Assembly (NCBI GenBank): GCA_019358935.1
Contig: JAHHIK010000068.1
Coordinates: forward strand, 1 to 44,797
DNA from: Tolypothrix carrinoi HA7290-LM1
GTDB lineage: Bacteria; Cyanobacteriota; Cyanobacteriia; Cyanobacteriales; Nostocaceae
Length of the DNA stretch: 44,797 bases
Direction of reading: 5' to 3'
In this document: positions 20,565-30,108 of the stretch, piece after piece
How positions within the stretch are numbered: position 1 is the stretch's first letter
Layout: each line of letters begins with the position of its first letter
Position numbers and translations under genes: made by a program
Notes under the pieces: generated by a model
Seen by the model: the letters and a program-made list of their open reading frames with translations, nothing else
What the model was told of the DNA's origin: nothing
Databases searched by the model: none

Positions 20565-20674
20565 ATTATGTGTGATTTACCTTTTCTGCGTGTATCAACA
20601 TGATGAGTAAAATTTTATTATGAAAAATTAATTGTTTGATTAGTAGCACCCATTTTATGATAGTAATTTTATTC

Positions 20675-20700
20675 GTGGTTGCGTTGTTGAGCGCAACCAC
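20675..20700 (-). terminator. Hairpin GTGGTTGCG-N8-CGCAACCAC just downstream of the FeS/cNMP gene
   Basis: Perfect 9-bp stem 8 nt from the stop codon. Confidence 0.5.
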
Positions 20701-20708
20701 AAATGAAA

Positions 20709-23700
20709 TTAAATTTGGGTAACGGCAGCTATTTGCCCTAAACTTTGCTGATAGCGAACACTGAGCATTTTTAAGACATTCGTAGTGAGTAATGGGTCTT
20801 GTGAAAGTACTGCCTCGAAATCTTTTGCTTTGATAGCTAAAGTCCGAACTCTGACTTCACCTGCAACAACTGTTGCCGCATATTGGCTATGGGTCAACAC
20901 TTCTAGTTCACCAATAGTTTGCCCAGCCGAGATAGTCATACCTTTGCCTGTATTGCTGGGAAGTACTTTTGCCTCACCATCAATTAAAACTATCAGTTCA
21001 AAGGCAGGTCTTCCCTCTTTGCAGATTTCTTGTTGAGGATGATAAATGCGTACTTCGCTATTACGTGCCAGTTCAATCAAAGCATTTGCCTTGATATCTT
21101 GGAAGAAGCTGCTGTCATAAAGCCATAACAGCTTTTCTAAAGTTCCTACAGATTCGGTGATTGTATTAAGCTGCAAAGGTCGCATTTCCCACTGGACGTG
21201 GATAACTAAATCATCTCCACTGCTAAAACGAACCAAATCTCCGGATTTCAGTTGTTTTTGCTGGTCGTGAATGTGTTCTTTACCAATGCGTAGACCGTTG
21301 CTGCTTCCTAAATCTTTAACGCTGACTCCTTTTTCATCCACATAGAATATAGCGTGCTCTCGCGAAACACGGTTATCGGGAATAACGATATCGTTTTCGT
21401 GTCCCCGTCCAACTTGAATTGTTGGCTGTTGGAAAATCCGTTTTTCTGTGCGTTTGCTTGCTCTGACTTGAGCAATTAGAGTTGGTACATTACCAGACCC
21501 ATTTGCTTGGTGACTTTGACCGAGAATTATTTGTGCTGTTTCTTGCACGAGCCAATCTTTATTTTGCTTGGCATCTAGCAGTTGGCGAGCTGACGCAAAG
21601 GCAACAGAAGGATTAGACTGATGCAGGGCATAAAGACAGGCAGCTTGTACTAAAGGATCTACGTCTTGTAAAAGTGCAAGCAAAACATCATTAATTGCCT
21701 CTAGACGATGTGTGCGTTCACCACCTAAGCGAGTAGGGGCAGAGTTAAAAGAATAAGATTGTGTTTGTTGCTCTGAGTAATTGTTGTTGACATCAAGTTG
21801 TGTTGATATTGGTACAGGCTGAGTTAGCTGATCCTGTTGTCGTAATGAAGAGATTACTCTTGGACTCAAACGCTTTTGCCATCTTGACTGCTCATCGTTA
21901 GATTGCAGAATTTCTTCGATGACATTTGCTGCCAATACACCGATTGAGCGACCAATGTCGATCGCTGCCGATGAGTCTCCGAGCAATTCTAAGATGCGGA
22001 ATAACTGAGTGGTAATGAGTTTTTTCTTTTCTTGTACGGCTTCTCGCAGCAAGACATAAACGGGTGCGTGCGGGTTTGGCACTGAGTTATACAGCATTTG
22101 ACCATGCACGGCTAAATCTTGCAGTTGAGTTAATAAAACTTCAGCTTTCACAAGAAGTGGACCGTCTTGATTAAACATTTCTGAGAACACTTGCTCGTGT
22201 TCGTCTGGTGTAATCGCGTACTCTTGTCTCAATTCTCTAATTTGGTTTTGGCTGCGCTCGATCGCTTCTTCTAAGGGTGTGCCACTTTCTAGCAGTTGCT
22301 GAATTAGCAATTCTGATGCACGTCGATAGCCTTCTATCCGCAATTGAGTTTCTCGACTGCGTTGTTTTTGCGGTTCTAGAAGGGTGTAATCTTCAACTCC
22401 CAGTTCTGCTAAAACGGCGTAATGTTCCTCATCTGTTACGTTGAGTTCTTTCCGCATATCTTTGAGAACTTCCAAACTTCCTGCGGAACTTACTTTTCCT
22501 TCTTCTAAAGCTTCGCGCAATACTCCTTTATAAACTTGCACTCGATCTGCACGCTTAAAACCGGGCAGTACTTTGGCAAGAACATACACTTCATCGGGAA
22601 TTAAATCTTGCAGCGAACGTCCTTCAAGTAGCTTTGACCAATCTACTGCTAGTTTGTTGAGTTGACGACGCAAATTCATTGCCAGACTTTCGCGAGAATA
22701 ACGCTCTCGGCTGCGAGTTAAGCTGCGATACAGCCACAAGGTGCTGACTGTGACGATAATACCGTTCAATGCCAGGATACCCCAACCGGGCAGCAAGCTG
22801 ATATTCGGGCGTCCGCCAAACATAAAGAAGACGTTGAAGGAGACAAATACACACAAGACAAAAATGACATGCAGTACTTGTTCTTCGTTTAAATATTTGT
22901 TTTTTGAATGCAGATAAGCTCTATAGGCTTTTTCTAGGGCTACAGTGATGAAATAGCTGGCGATCGCAAAAACTGCCAATGTCAAAGGTGCTGCAATTAA
23001 CTTGGGAATGGGAATTGCTTGATTAAAAAAGTAAAATCCTGGATTGAAGAGTGTGCGTAATTGCCCTTCTTCATGAGTCCATGCACCAGAGTAATAGTAG
23101 TCCCAGTTGCCTGCGTACAGAAAGTAGAACCAATAAAATCCTAACATCAGACCAAAGTAACTATAAAAAAGTATCTTTTGGTCTGGTTTGGTGATTCCCT
23201 CCCAGTATGAACGCTCGGCGTCAATGTCTATACAAGGAGATTGACAGCTTACACAAGCACTTTTTTCTTGACCAGAACTATCGACAGTCCGACAAGTTGA
23301 CTGGGTGATGCTTTGGGGCGGTTTGTCGTGAGCATCAGTTCCTAATAAGCCCCGCGGACCTGTGTAAAACATTTGTACAGGTGCCATTGGGCAAAAATAC
23401 TGACACCAGCTTCTTCCTTTGTAGAGAAAGCCGACTGCAATCGCACTGAAGATGGTAAATAGCAGAAAAATCGCCATTGCGGTGCGATCGCCATTCACAA
23501 ACAAAATCCGAATATTCAAACCCAGGTAAAATAAACCTAATTGCAGATATAGAAAATTGCGTCCCAGCCAAGACTCTTTTTCTATACCTGCCAGTTCTAA
23601 GCGAACGTTACCTGTGGAGCTTACCACTTTACGCTTGCGTTGAATTCCTAAGGCGCGGGGAATTTGCGAGAAGAAATATAATGGACAAATCCGGCGCCAA

Positions 23701-23996
23701 AATTCATGTCCGAATACCAGCAAGATCGTGATTCCTATCGGCAGAACCATTGCCCAAAATATGCGTCCTGCCATACCATATGGCTGTTCGGGCAGACACT
23801 CACCCTGAACTTTGACGCAACTTGATGGATCGAGGTATTTCTCTGGATGGAGATGAAAAGGACTAATGATATTACTTGGGTCTGTGAACCTAATTGAAAT
23901 TGGATCGTAAAATAAAGAAAATATTAACGTCAGCCAGCCAATTGCTAACAGCCACCTGACGAGATGCATTTTTTTTTCTTCAACTTGACTAATCAT
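20709..23996 (-). CDS. Polytopic membrane protein: NapH/CcoG/NosR-like FeS region + helical/HEAT region + forkhead-associated domain + cyclic-nucleotide-binding domain
   Basis: About 8 TM helices; WRRICP, WCQYFCP and SACVSCQSPC motifs; HEAT-like LLQDVDPLVQAACLYAL; FHA motifs VGRGHEND...VSREHA...DLGSSNG; cNMP motif GQTIGELEVL...ATVVA. ATG at 23996 preferred over TTG at 24020. Confidence 0.85.
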   Translation of the reverse strand: MISQVEEKKMHLVRWLLAIGWLTLIFSLFYDPISIRFTDPSNIISPFHLHPEKYLDPSSCVKVQGECLPEQPYGMAGRIFWAMVLPIGITILLVFGHEFWRRICPLYFFSQIPRALGIQRKRKVVSSTGNVRLELAGIEKESWLGRNFLYLQLGLFYLGLNIRILFVNGDRTAMAIFLLFTIFSAIAVGFLYKGRSWCQYFCPMAPVQMFYTGPRGLLGTDAHDKPPQSITQSTCRTVDSSGQEKSACVSCQSPCIDIDAERSYWEGITKPDQKILFYSYFGLMLGFYWFYFLYAGNWDYYYSGAWTHEEGQLRTLFNPGFYFFNQAIPIPKLIAAPLTLAVFAIASYFITVALEKAYRAYLHSKNKYLNEEQVLHVIFVLCVFVSFNVFFMFGGRPNISLLPGWGILALNGIIVTVSTLWLYRSLTRSRERYSRESLAMNLRRQLNKLAVDWSKLLEGRSLQDLIPDEVYVLAKVLPGFKRADRVQVYKGVLREALEEGKVSSAGSLEVLKDMRKELNVTDEEHYAVLAELGVEDYTLLEPQKQRSRETQLRIEGYRRASELLIQQLLESGTPLEEAIERSQNQIRELRQEYAITPDEHEQVFSEMFNQDGPLLVKAEVLLTQLQDLAVHGQMLYNSVPNPHAPVYVLLREAVQEKKKLITTQLFRILELLGDSSAAIDIGRSIGVLAANVIEEILQSNDEQSRWQKRLSPRVISSLRQQDQLTQPVPISTQLDVNNNYSEQQTQSYSFNSAPTRLGGERTHRLEAINDVLLALLQDVDPLVQAACLYALHQSNPSVAFASARQLLDAKQNKDWLVQETAQIILGQSHQANGSGNVPTLIAQVRASKRTEKRIFQQPTIQVGRGHENDIVIPDNRVSREHAIFYVDEKGVSVKDLGSSNGLRIGKEHIHDQQKQLKSGDLVRFSSGDDLVIHVQWEMRPLQLNTITESVGTLEKLLWLYDSSFFQDIKANALIELARNSEVRIYHPQQEICKEGRPAFELIVLIDGEAKVLPSNTGKGMTISAGQTIGELEVLTHSQYAATVVAGEVRVRTLAIKAKDFEAVLSQDPLLTTNVLKMLSVRYQQSLGQIAAVTQI

Positions 23997-24174
23997 CTGT
24001 TGAGTGCTTCTCTGTAGCAAGATATAAAAAACAGTTATGATTTTGCACGCAAAGACGAGCGTTTTACCCGTCTCCTATGCAGAGTAGGTATAATAACCCA
24101 CTCTTTTGGAGCTTTCAAAAAATGAAAGCAAGAACTGAGATAATACTACAACTTCTGGGAATAAATTTCGGAAA

Positions 24175-25413
24175 TTACTGATTTTTGCAACATTCTATTA
24201 ATGGTGCATCGGCAATTCCTCCCAAATTTACCGATCGCAGCAAATCTTGCCAGTCAGTTTTTAATTCGGCATCATTAGGACGTTGACGCCTTAACTGTGC
24301 AATATTTGTCAAGGCATCGCTGAAAGAGCCAGACTGTGCATAGATATTAGCACGCTCCCGCATATTTGAAGACGCTAAATCTCTTTGCAATTTTTCATCG
24401 GGTGCTAGCCGAACAATTGAGCCTTGTACAACTAAATCTCCGCTGCGCTCTTTTTCATCGCACACCGCTGAGAAAAACCAACGGTAAGTTTTGCCAACCT
24501 TCAGTAATGATGTTGAATTAGCAGGTATTACGCTGACAATTCCTGATTTTGCTGGAGTTTTAAAAGTTGTTTTATTAATTACCTCCTGGTTTTCATCTTG
24601 TATAACTAGTTCTAGTGCTTGAGCATTAGTTTGGGGAACGTAGAAAAATAATTGAGGATTAGAGAAAGTTGTTATTTGAGGAGTTTCTAAGGGTGCAAGA
24701 GCAATAATTGGTTGATTGCTGGATGTGCAGGAACTTCCTCTTCTAGTTCCTGCTGATACCCGTCTACTTGGTATGCCTAACGCTGCTGGAGGAGAAATTT
24801 TATAAGAGTTTCTTCTATTATTGACGCTGTTATTGACGGCAGGACTGGTACTGACGCTGTTATTGACGGCAGCACCGGACTCGTCTACCCTAGCACCAGA
24901 CTGTTGATTATTACCGAAACCGATTACAGTTTCGTTGTCTGGTAGTTTTTGCGTCCGCGTTCCTGCGGGGGTCAATCGTCCGGGTTGCCCGAAGTCAAAG
25001 TTAGCGGGTATATATAAAATATTGCGTCTTGTTTTGCTACCTAGTCGGCGATCGCGTTCGATATAACTTTTAATATTGCCAATAGCGATCGCTGCATATG
25101 TATCCCCAGGTCTTGCCTGTAATGCCTGTTGGAAATAATTTAAAGCAGCTAAGTAATTTCTTTGCTTTGTGGCATTATAACCCTGTAGCATATACTTGGT
25201 ATAGTTGCTTTGGCTAGATTTCGCTTGCACCAGCATCATTGTGGAAACATCTGCTGGCATTTTCATCGAGCAGCCAGCAGGTAATACCAAGGCAACAATT
25301 GCCACAAGGCTAATATATTTTGTCCAGGTTTGGTATTTCACGGCTGATGCGCTACTAGTAGCGCTACTGATAGTCTCTATTTTACTACAAAATTGGTTAA
25401 AGTGATTCCGCAA
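24175..25413 (-). CDS. TPR + DUF928 domain protein (exported or membrane-anchored; start uncertain)
   Basis: Hydrophobic segment ending LPAGC, one TPR, AGTR motifs, and DUF928-like PQLFFYVP...LKVGKTYRWFFSAVCD...DWQDLLRSVNL. Confidence 0.85.
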   Translation of the reverse strand: MRNHFNQFCSKIETISSATSSASAVKYQTWTKYISLVAIVALVLPAGCSMKMPADVSTMMLVQAKSSQSNYTKYMLQGYNATKQRNYLAALNYFQQALQARPGDTYAAIAIGNIKSYIERDRRLGSKTRRNILYIPANFDFGQPGRLTPAGTRTQKLPDNETVIGFGNNQQSGARVDESGAAVNNSVSTSPAVNNSVNNRRNSYKISPPAALGIPSRRVSAGTRRGSSCTSSNQPIIALAPLETPQITTFSNPQLFFYVPQTNAQALELVIQDENQEVINKTTFKTPAKSGIVSVIPANSTSLLKVGKTYRWFFSAVCDEKERSGDLVVQGSIVRLAPDEKLQRDLASSNMRERANIYAQSGSFSDALTNIAQLRRQRPNDAELKTDWQDLLRSVNLGGIADAPLIECCKNQ

Positions 25414-25481
25414 TTACACCTGTGAAAATATCAAGGTGTAATTCCCGCCCTTTTTTGACAACTTTCGGTCAGATATCCGAT

Positions 25482-25781
25482 TCAATCATTTCGGCGTTGC
25501 CATTGTTGCGGATCGCGTTTAATGTGAAAACAGGCAACAATCACAATTTTATCTTCTTCAATTAGGTAAAAAATTCCGTAGGTAAATCGACGAATCAAAG
25601 CGCGTCGAATTTCTCGATGTACCAAAGGATAACCTGAAAGATTGCGTCCCACAGAAGCTAGACAACTATCAACTGCACGTATAAACTCAAAACCTAATCC
25701 GGGATTGTGTTCTTCATACCACTCAAAAGCCTCTTCGATATCAAGTTCTGCCTCTGGGCTAATCAGTAATTTATAGTTCAT
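25482..25781 (-). CDS. RelE/ParE-family type II toxin
   Basis: AELDIEEAFEWYE...GLGFEF...IRRALIRRFTYGIFY...IVACFHIKRDP. Confidence 0.9.
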   Translation of the reverse strand: MNYKLLISPEAELDIEEAFEWYEEHNPGLGFEFIRAVDSCLASVGRNLSGYPLVHREIRRALIRRFTYGIFYLIEEDKIVIVACFHIKRDPQQWQRRND

Positions 25782-25783
25782 AA

Positions 25784-26008
25784 TCAAAAACCCAGTCTTT
25801 GCTTCATGTGTTCCCAGCTTGAACCCTGCATTGGGTTTTGGTAGTATTCTTCTAAACGTCGGTCTAATTCTTGCTGTTGAGCTTCACTGACACGAGCTGC
25901 CGCAGGTGTGGTGAGGATGCTATCCCATAAATCCTGGGCAAGTTGTATGCGCTCGGCTACACTTAATTGGGAAATCTCAACTTTCAATAACGAATGCATA
26001 CTCATCAT
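25784..26008 (-). CDS. Putative addiction-module antitoxin (TIGR02574-like)
   Basis: LSVAERIQLAQDLWDSI...ELDRRLEEY...SWE, immediately upstream of the ParE-like toxin. Confidence 0.9.
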   Translation of the reverse strand: MMSMHSLLKVEISQLSVAERIQLAQDLWDSILTTPAAARVSEAQQQELDRRLEEYYQNPMQGSSWEHMKQRLGF

Positions 26009-26263
26009 ACCAAGGTTTAATATATCTGAATATTCTACCTCTATCGAGAGGAGGATAGGCTATCTGCTCAATTAAAAGCCAAAGAAGCAAACAAGCAAGC
26101 GATCGCGCACCTGATGTAATTTTGGCGACAAGATGGGGTTAAGAGCAGCAGCTAATTCCCGCGAAAATGGGTGGTTTGCTTGACTTGCTTTTAGTTCTCA
26201 GTGTCCATCCAAAACCAACCAAACGCGCTGGGTAAAGTTTGTAGAACAATTAACTACAGCACA

Positions 26264-27721
26264 ATGAAATTTTTTGCCTTCCGCTCGATTCGCACCCGGA
26301 TTATGGCTGGGGCAACACTATTAAGTATCGCCCTCGTAGGCTCAGTAGTTTCGGTTTGGGCAAAAACTGAGAGTCACCTTTACCGTCAGGAAAAGCTGAA
26401 TGAAGCCAAGTTATTTTCTAAGGTATTAAGTACTACTTTGTTTAGCAATCATCTGGCAGAAAAAAACTGGAGTCAAATGCGCCTCAATTTAGATTTGCTG
26501 ATGAAGGAAAACGAAGACTTTGTATATATTCTGGTGTCTGATGCGCGGATGGACAATCAGATTGTCGGTGCATCCCCCGGAGATTTCCAAGGACAGTATA
26601 TTCCCGATGTTGTTCCTTTAGAGGTGACAAATACTGCACTAAATGTATCGGACAAGCCCAGTATTGTAGATACATTTGTTCTGCGGGATATTCAGTTTTT
26701 GGGCATGATGCGGGCGAAAAAAGGCGAACGCGTGATGGAAGTAGCTTCGGATATTCAGACGGCAACAGGTAAAAAAATTGGCACGCTGCGGTTTGGTATT
26801 TCCTTACGACCAGTGGATCGCGTTGTTGCTTATGCGGTAAATCAAGCGCTGATGGTAGGCGCTGTAGGACTTGGGATTGGTTTGCTGTGTGCGTATATTC
26901 TTGCAAGGCGTTTGAGTAAGCCGATACTGCAATTGCAGATGAGTGCAATCAAGATTGCTGCCGGGGATTTGCAACATCGCGCTCAAATAGACAGTGTAGA
27001 TGAAATTGGTATCTTGGCGGCATCATTTAATGAAATGACGGCTGCATTGCAAGGATCGTTTAGTAAATTGCAAAGAACGTTAGAATCGTTTGAAAGATTT
27101 GTACCAAATAAGTTTATCAGCGCGATCGCTCCAGATGGAATCGAAAATATTCACGTAGGTGTAGCTGTAAAGCGTAACATGACGATTTTGTTTTGCGATA
27201 TTCGCGGTTACACTTCAATGTCTGAGGTGATGACACCATTAGAAACCTTTGCATTTTTAAATGATTACCTGGCTTGTATGGGAAAAGCAATAGATGAAGC
27301 CGGCGGATTTATTGATAAGTATATTGGTGATGCGATTATGGCACTGTTTGATGATGAAGCTACAGATGGGGCACTTAAGGCAGCGATATTAATGCAGCAA
27401 GCGCTGTTAAAGTTTAATTATGAGCGAACGCAAAACAGTTTACCAAAAATCGCTGTCGGAATTGGCATTCATCGCGGCGAAGTAGTCATGGGCACAGTCG
27501 GTTTTGCTTGTCGCATTGATTCTACGGTAGTGGGTGATGCAGTAAATATCGCTTCGCGCATTGAAGGACTGACTAAGCAGTATAATTGTGGAATTTTAAT
27601 CACAGAGTCGGTGGTGAGTAGTTTACAATACCCCGAATTATTCGCGTTGAGATTAATAGATAATGCAGTCAAGGTGAAAGGTAAAGATGAAGCGATCGCC
27701 TTGTACGAACTTCAGATTTAA
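26264..27721 (+). CDS. Membrane class III adenylate cyclase with periplasmic sensor and HAMP domain
   Basis: Two TM helices, HAMP (DEIGILAASFNEM), and motifs ILFCDIRGYT, KYIGDAIM and STVVGDAVNIASRIE. The Lys/Thr pair suggests ATP specificity. ATG at 26264 preferred. Confidence 0.92.
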   Translation: MKFFAFRSIRTRIMAGATLLSIALVGSVVSVWAKTESHLYRQEKLNEAKLFSKVLSTTLFSNHLAEKNWSQMRLNLDLLMKENEDFVYILVSDARMDNQIVGASPGDFQGQYIPDVVPLEVTNTALNVSDKPSIVDTFVLRDIQFLGMMRAKKGERVMEVASDIQTATGKKIGTLRFGISLRPVDRVVAYAVNQALMVGAVGLGIGLLCAYILARRLSKPILQLQMSAIKIAAGDLQHRAQIDSVDEIGILAASFNEMTAALQGSFSKLQRTLESFERFVPNKFISAIAPDGIENIHVGVAVKRNMTILFCDIRGYTSMSEVMTPLETFAFLNDYLACMGKAIDEAGGFIDKYIGDAIMALFDDEATDGALKAAILMQQALLKFNYERTQNSLPKIAVGIGIHRGEVVMGTVGFACRIDSTVVGDAVNIASRIEGLTKQYNCGILITESVVSSLQYPELFALRLIDNAVKVKGKDEAIALYELQI

Positions 27722-27879
27722 TTGATAAATAACCTTTGATCTACCCGCAGATTGTCGCCAGAAATTAATTTATGAACTAGCATAACTAGCAAGACCGTTT
27801 GGCGAAATCAACAATGCTTTAAACAGGTCTCACTGACAAAATTATCTGCACATCAGCTACATATAAGTGGATAGTGTCT

Positions 27880-28815
27880 ATGCTTACAGCTGTTTGTACT
27901 TTATTTGAAGGTGACTATCACTATGGCGTGGGAGTTTTAGCCAACTCTCTTTATAATCATGGTTTTCGCGGTGTAGTTTGGGCAGGGTATCGTGGAACTT
28001 TGCCACCTTGGGCTAAACCTCTTAAAAGCGATGGGGGTTATCAAGAGTTTTCTCTAGCGTCCGATTGTGTAATTCGATTCATTGAGCTAAATACCTCAAA
28101 GTTTTTGTCTAATTACAAACCCGATTTTATGCTGAAACTTTGGGAAAGTTATTGCCCAGAAGTTGAAGCATTATTTTATTTCGATCCTGATATTGTCAAC
28201 AAAAGTTGCTGGGATTTCTACGAACAGTGGGTAAGTCGCGGAATTAGCTTATGTGAGGATGCTTACGACTATATGCCCGTTAATCATCCTAATCGATTAG
28301 CCTGGAAAGAACTTGCTGAAGGCTATGGTTATGTATGCTTGCGCGAAACAGACCGATACTACAATTCTGGCTTTATTGGAGTGAGGCAAAACCAGAAGTC
28401 CGTACTTTCGCTGTGGCAGCAATTACTAGAAACCTTTGAAGCAGCAGGATACATCAATCTCAGTGATTTCAATCTTTCTTCAGGGCGTTATCCCTATTTC
28501 CAAAGCGATCAATGTATCCTTAATTTGGCGCTGATGTTCACTTCTGAACCACTAAGCACTGTTAGTCGAATGGGAATGGATTTTGGTGGTGCCAGTGTCG
28601 GTATTATGTCACATGCATCAGGAGCGCAAATAAAACCGTGGCGCAAACAATTGATTTTTAAAGCTTTGGAAGGCGTACCTCCAACTATGACAGACAAAGC
28701 ATATTGGCTACACACTCAAACACCGATTCAACTATATTCGCCAGCGCAATACACCCAGAAAAAAATTGCTCTGCGTAGTGCAGCTGCAATTGGACGCTTT
28801 ATCCGTCGCTCTTAA
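27880..28815 (+). CDS. Glycosyltransferase-like (GT-A/GT8-like) protein
   Basis: YFDPD (DxD), YNSGFIG and SDQCILN motifs are typical of GT8-like folds. Confidence 0.6.
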   Translation: MLTAVCTLFEGDYHYGVGVLANSLYNHGFRGVVWAGYRGTLPPWAKPLKSDGGYQEFSLASDCVIRFIELNTSKFLSNYKPDFMLKLWESYCPEVEALFYFDPDIVNKSCWDFYEQWVSRGISLCEDAYDYMPVNHPNRLAWKELAEGYGYVCLRETDRYYNSGFIGVRQNQKSVLSLWQQLLETFEAAGYINLSDFNLSSGRYPYFQSDQCILNLALMFTSEPLSTVSRMGMDFGGASVGIMSHASGAQIKPWRKQLIFKALEGVPPTMTDKAYWLHTQTPIQLYSPAQYTQKKIALRSAAAIGRFIRRS

Positions 28816-28954
28816 AACTTATCATCAGTTTTGGTTATGTTCCGATTCAAACGAAGGCGTAAGCGACTATCTAGATTAATGTGGTAATTTTTTAGTTGGT
28901 GCTGTCTTTTCACTTAGCGCTAACTAAAAGATGAACTAATTGTAAATGCGATCG

Positions 28955-29623
28955 CTATCTCCCAACTTCAGATTCAATAACGTTATATAGCTTGCAAATT
29001 GCTTTCAAAACTTGCAATAGCTCAATCGAAGATTCAACACGAGTAATATCTAGTTTGGGCAGTAATTGATAAATTGGCGGATTTCCTTGCTGGATGTAGA
29101 CAAACTGATAATCCATACCGTTAGTAGTCAGTCCCCAAACTGATGTTTGTTGTTCTATGCCTTTATAAGCATAAGTAAGCAATTGGGGTAAACCATCAAA
29201 AGCATTAAGGCTACTATTTTTAGCTTCAATCACCAATATCCAAAATGGTGTAGTCGTGGTTCTTCCTTGAGTCTTATTGACTGCTAAAATATCCATCCGT
29301 CCTTTAACGATTGTATCTTCATCTTCAACGGATATATCAGCAATATTTTCTTCTAAAGTTATTTTAATCCTCGGATGATAAAAGCCTGCTAACTTCATCA
29401 ACGGAGCCAGAAAAAGAAACTTTATTTGTCCTTCGGATATTTTACCTGCTCCATAGTAGCTGCGAAAGATATTTTGGATTTGCAACAGTTCTTGTTGTTC
29501 AAACTCTGTCAGAGATTCCAGAGATAGTAATGATGTAAATGAGTTCTTGAATTGCTCTTCAAATTTGAAAAGCTGCCGAACAATTTCTAAGCTGAGATTT
29601 CTAGCGTCTAAAGTTGTAGTCAT
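28955..29623 (-). CDS. Stand-alone HsdR N-terminal-like PD-(D/E)XK nuclease, of a family expanded in cyanobacteria
   Basis: KGRMDILAV...LVIEAK...LPQLLTY...WGLTTNG. Confidence 0.8.
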   Translation of the reverse strand: MTTTLDARNLSLEIVRQLFKFEEQFKNSFTSLLSLESLTEFEQQELLQIQNIFRSYYGAGKISEGQIKFLFLAPLMKLAGFYHPRIKITLEENIADISVEDEDTIVKGRMDILAVNKTQGRTTTTPFWILVIEAKNSSLNAFDGLPQLLTYAYKGIEQQTSVWGLTTNGMDYQFVYIQQGNPPIYQLLPKLDITRVESSIELLQVLKAICKLYNVIESEVGR

Positions 29624-29725
29624 TGCTTAATTTCCTCTCATATTAAATGTAATTTTACAATCAGGCTAGGATAAAAGCAGACTTAAGCTCATCCCAAGAA
29701 GCGCGATTGCGTGGGATTAGCTTAA

Positions 29726-29752
29726 GTAGGGGCAATTCATGAATTGCCCCTA
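29726..29752. repeat. REP-like palindrome GTAGGGGCAATTCATGAATTGCCCCTA
   Basis: Perfect palindrome with a GTAG foot. Confidence 0.75.
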
Positions 29753-29868
29753 GGTCGAGCGTTAGCGTGCGTGCGTAATTCCGCGCTTACGCATCTTCAA
29801 GCCAGAATTGGTATTAGTACAGCATTTCATTAATACGATCGCTTTCTGAAATTTTGCACTCTTGAGTG

Positions 29869-30108
29869 CAATGCGATTGTCACCCGATACAATTCGATTG
29901 TCACCCGATACAATTCGATTGTCACCCGATACAATGCGATTGTCACCCGATACAATGCGATTGTCACCCGATACAATTCGATTGTCACCCGATACAATGC
30001 GATTGTCACCCGATACAATGCGATTGTTTCCCGATACAATGCGATTGTCACCGGATACAATGCGATTGTCACCGGATACAATGCGATTGTCACCGGATAC
30101 AATGCGAT
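29869..30108. repeat. 21-bp tandem array CAAT(G/T)CGATTGTCACC(C/G)GATA, 11 units plus a partial
   Basis: Units counted directly; no spacers. Confidence 0.95.

Noticed and set aside
28955..29623. Type I restriction-modification system
   Set aside because: No hsdM/hsdS or helicase domain; stand-alone family common in cyanobacteria.
29869..30108. CRISPR array
   Set aside because: Units are contiguous 21-mers with no unique spacers, and there are no cas genes in the window.
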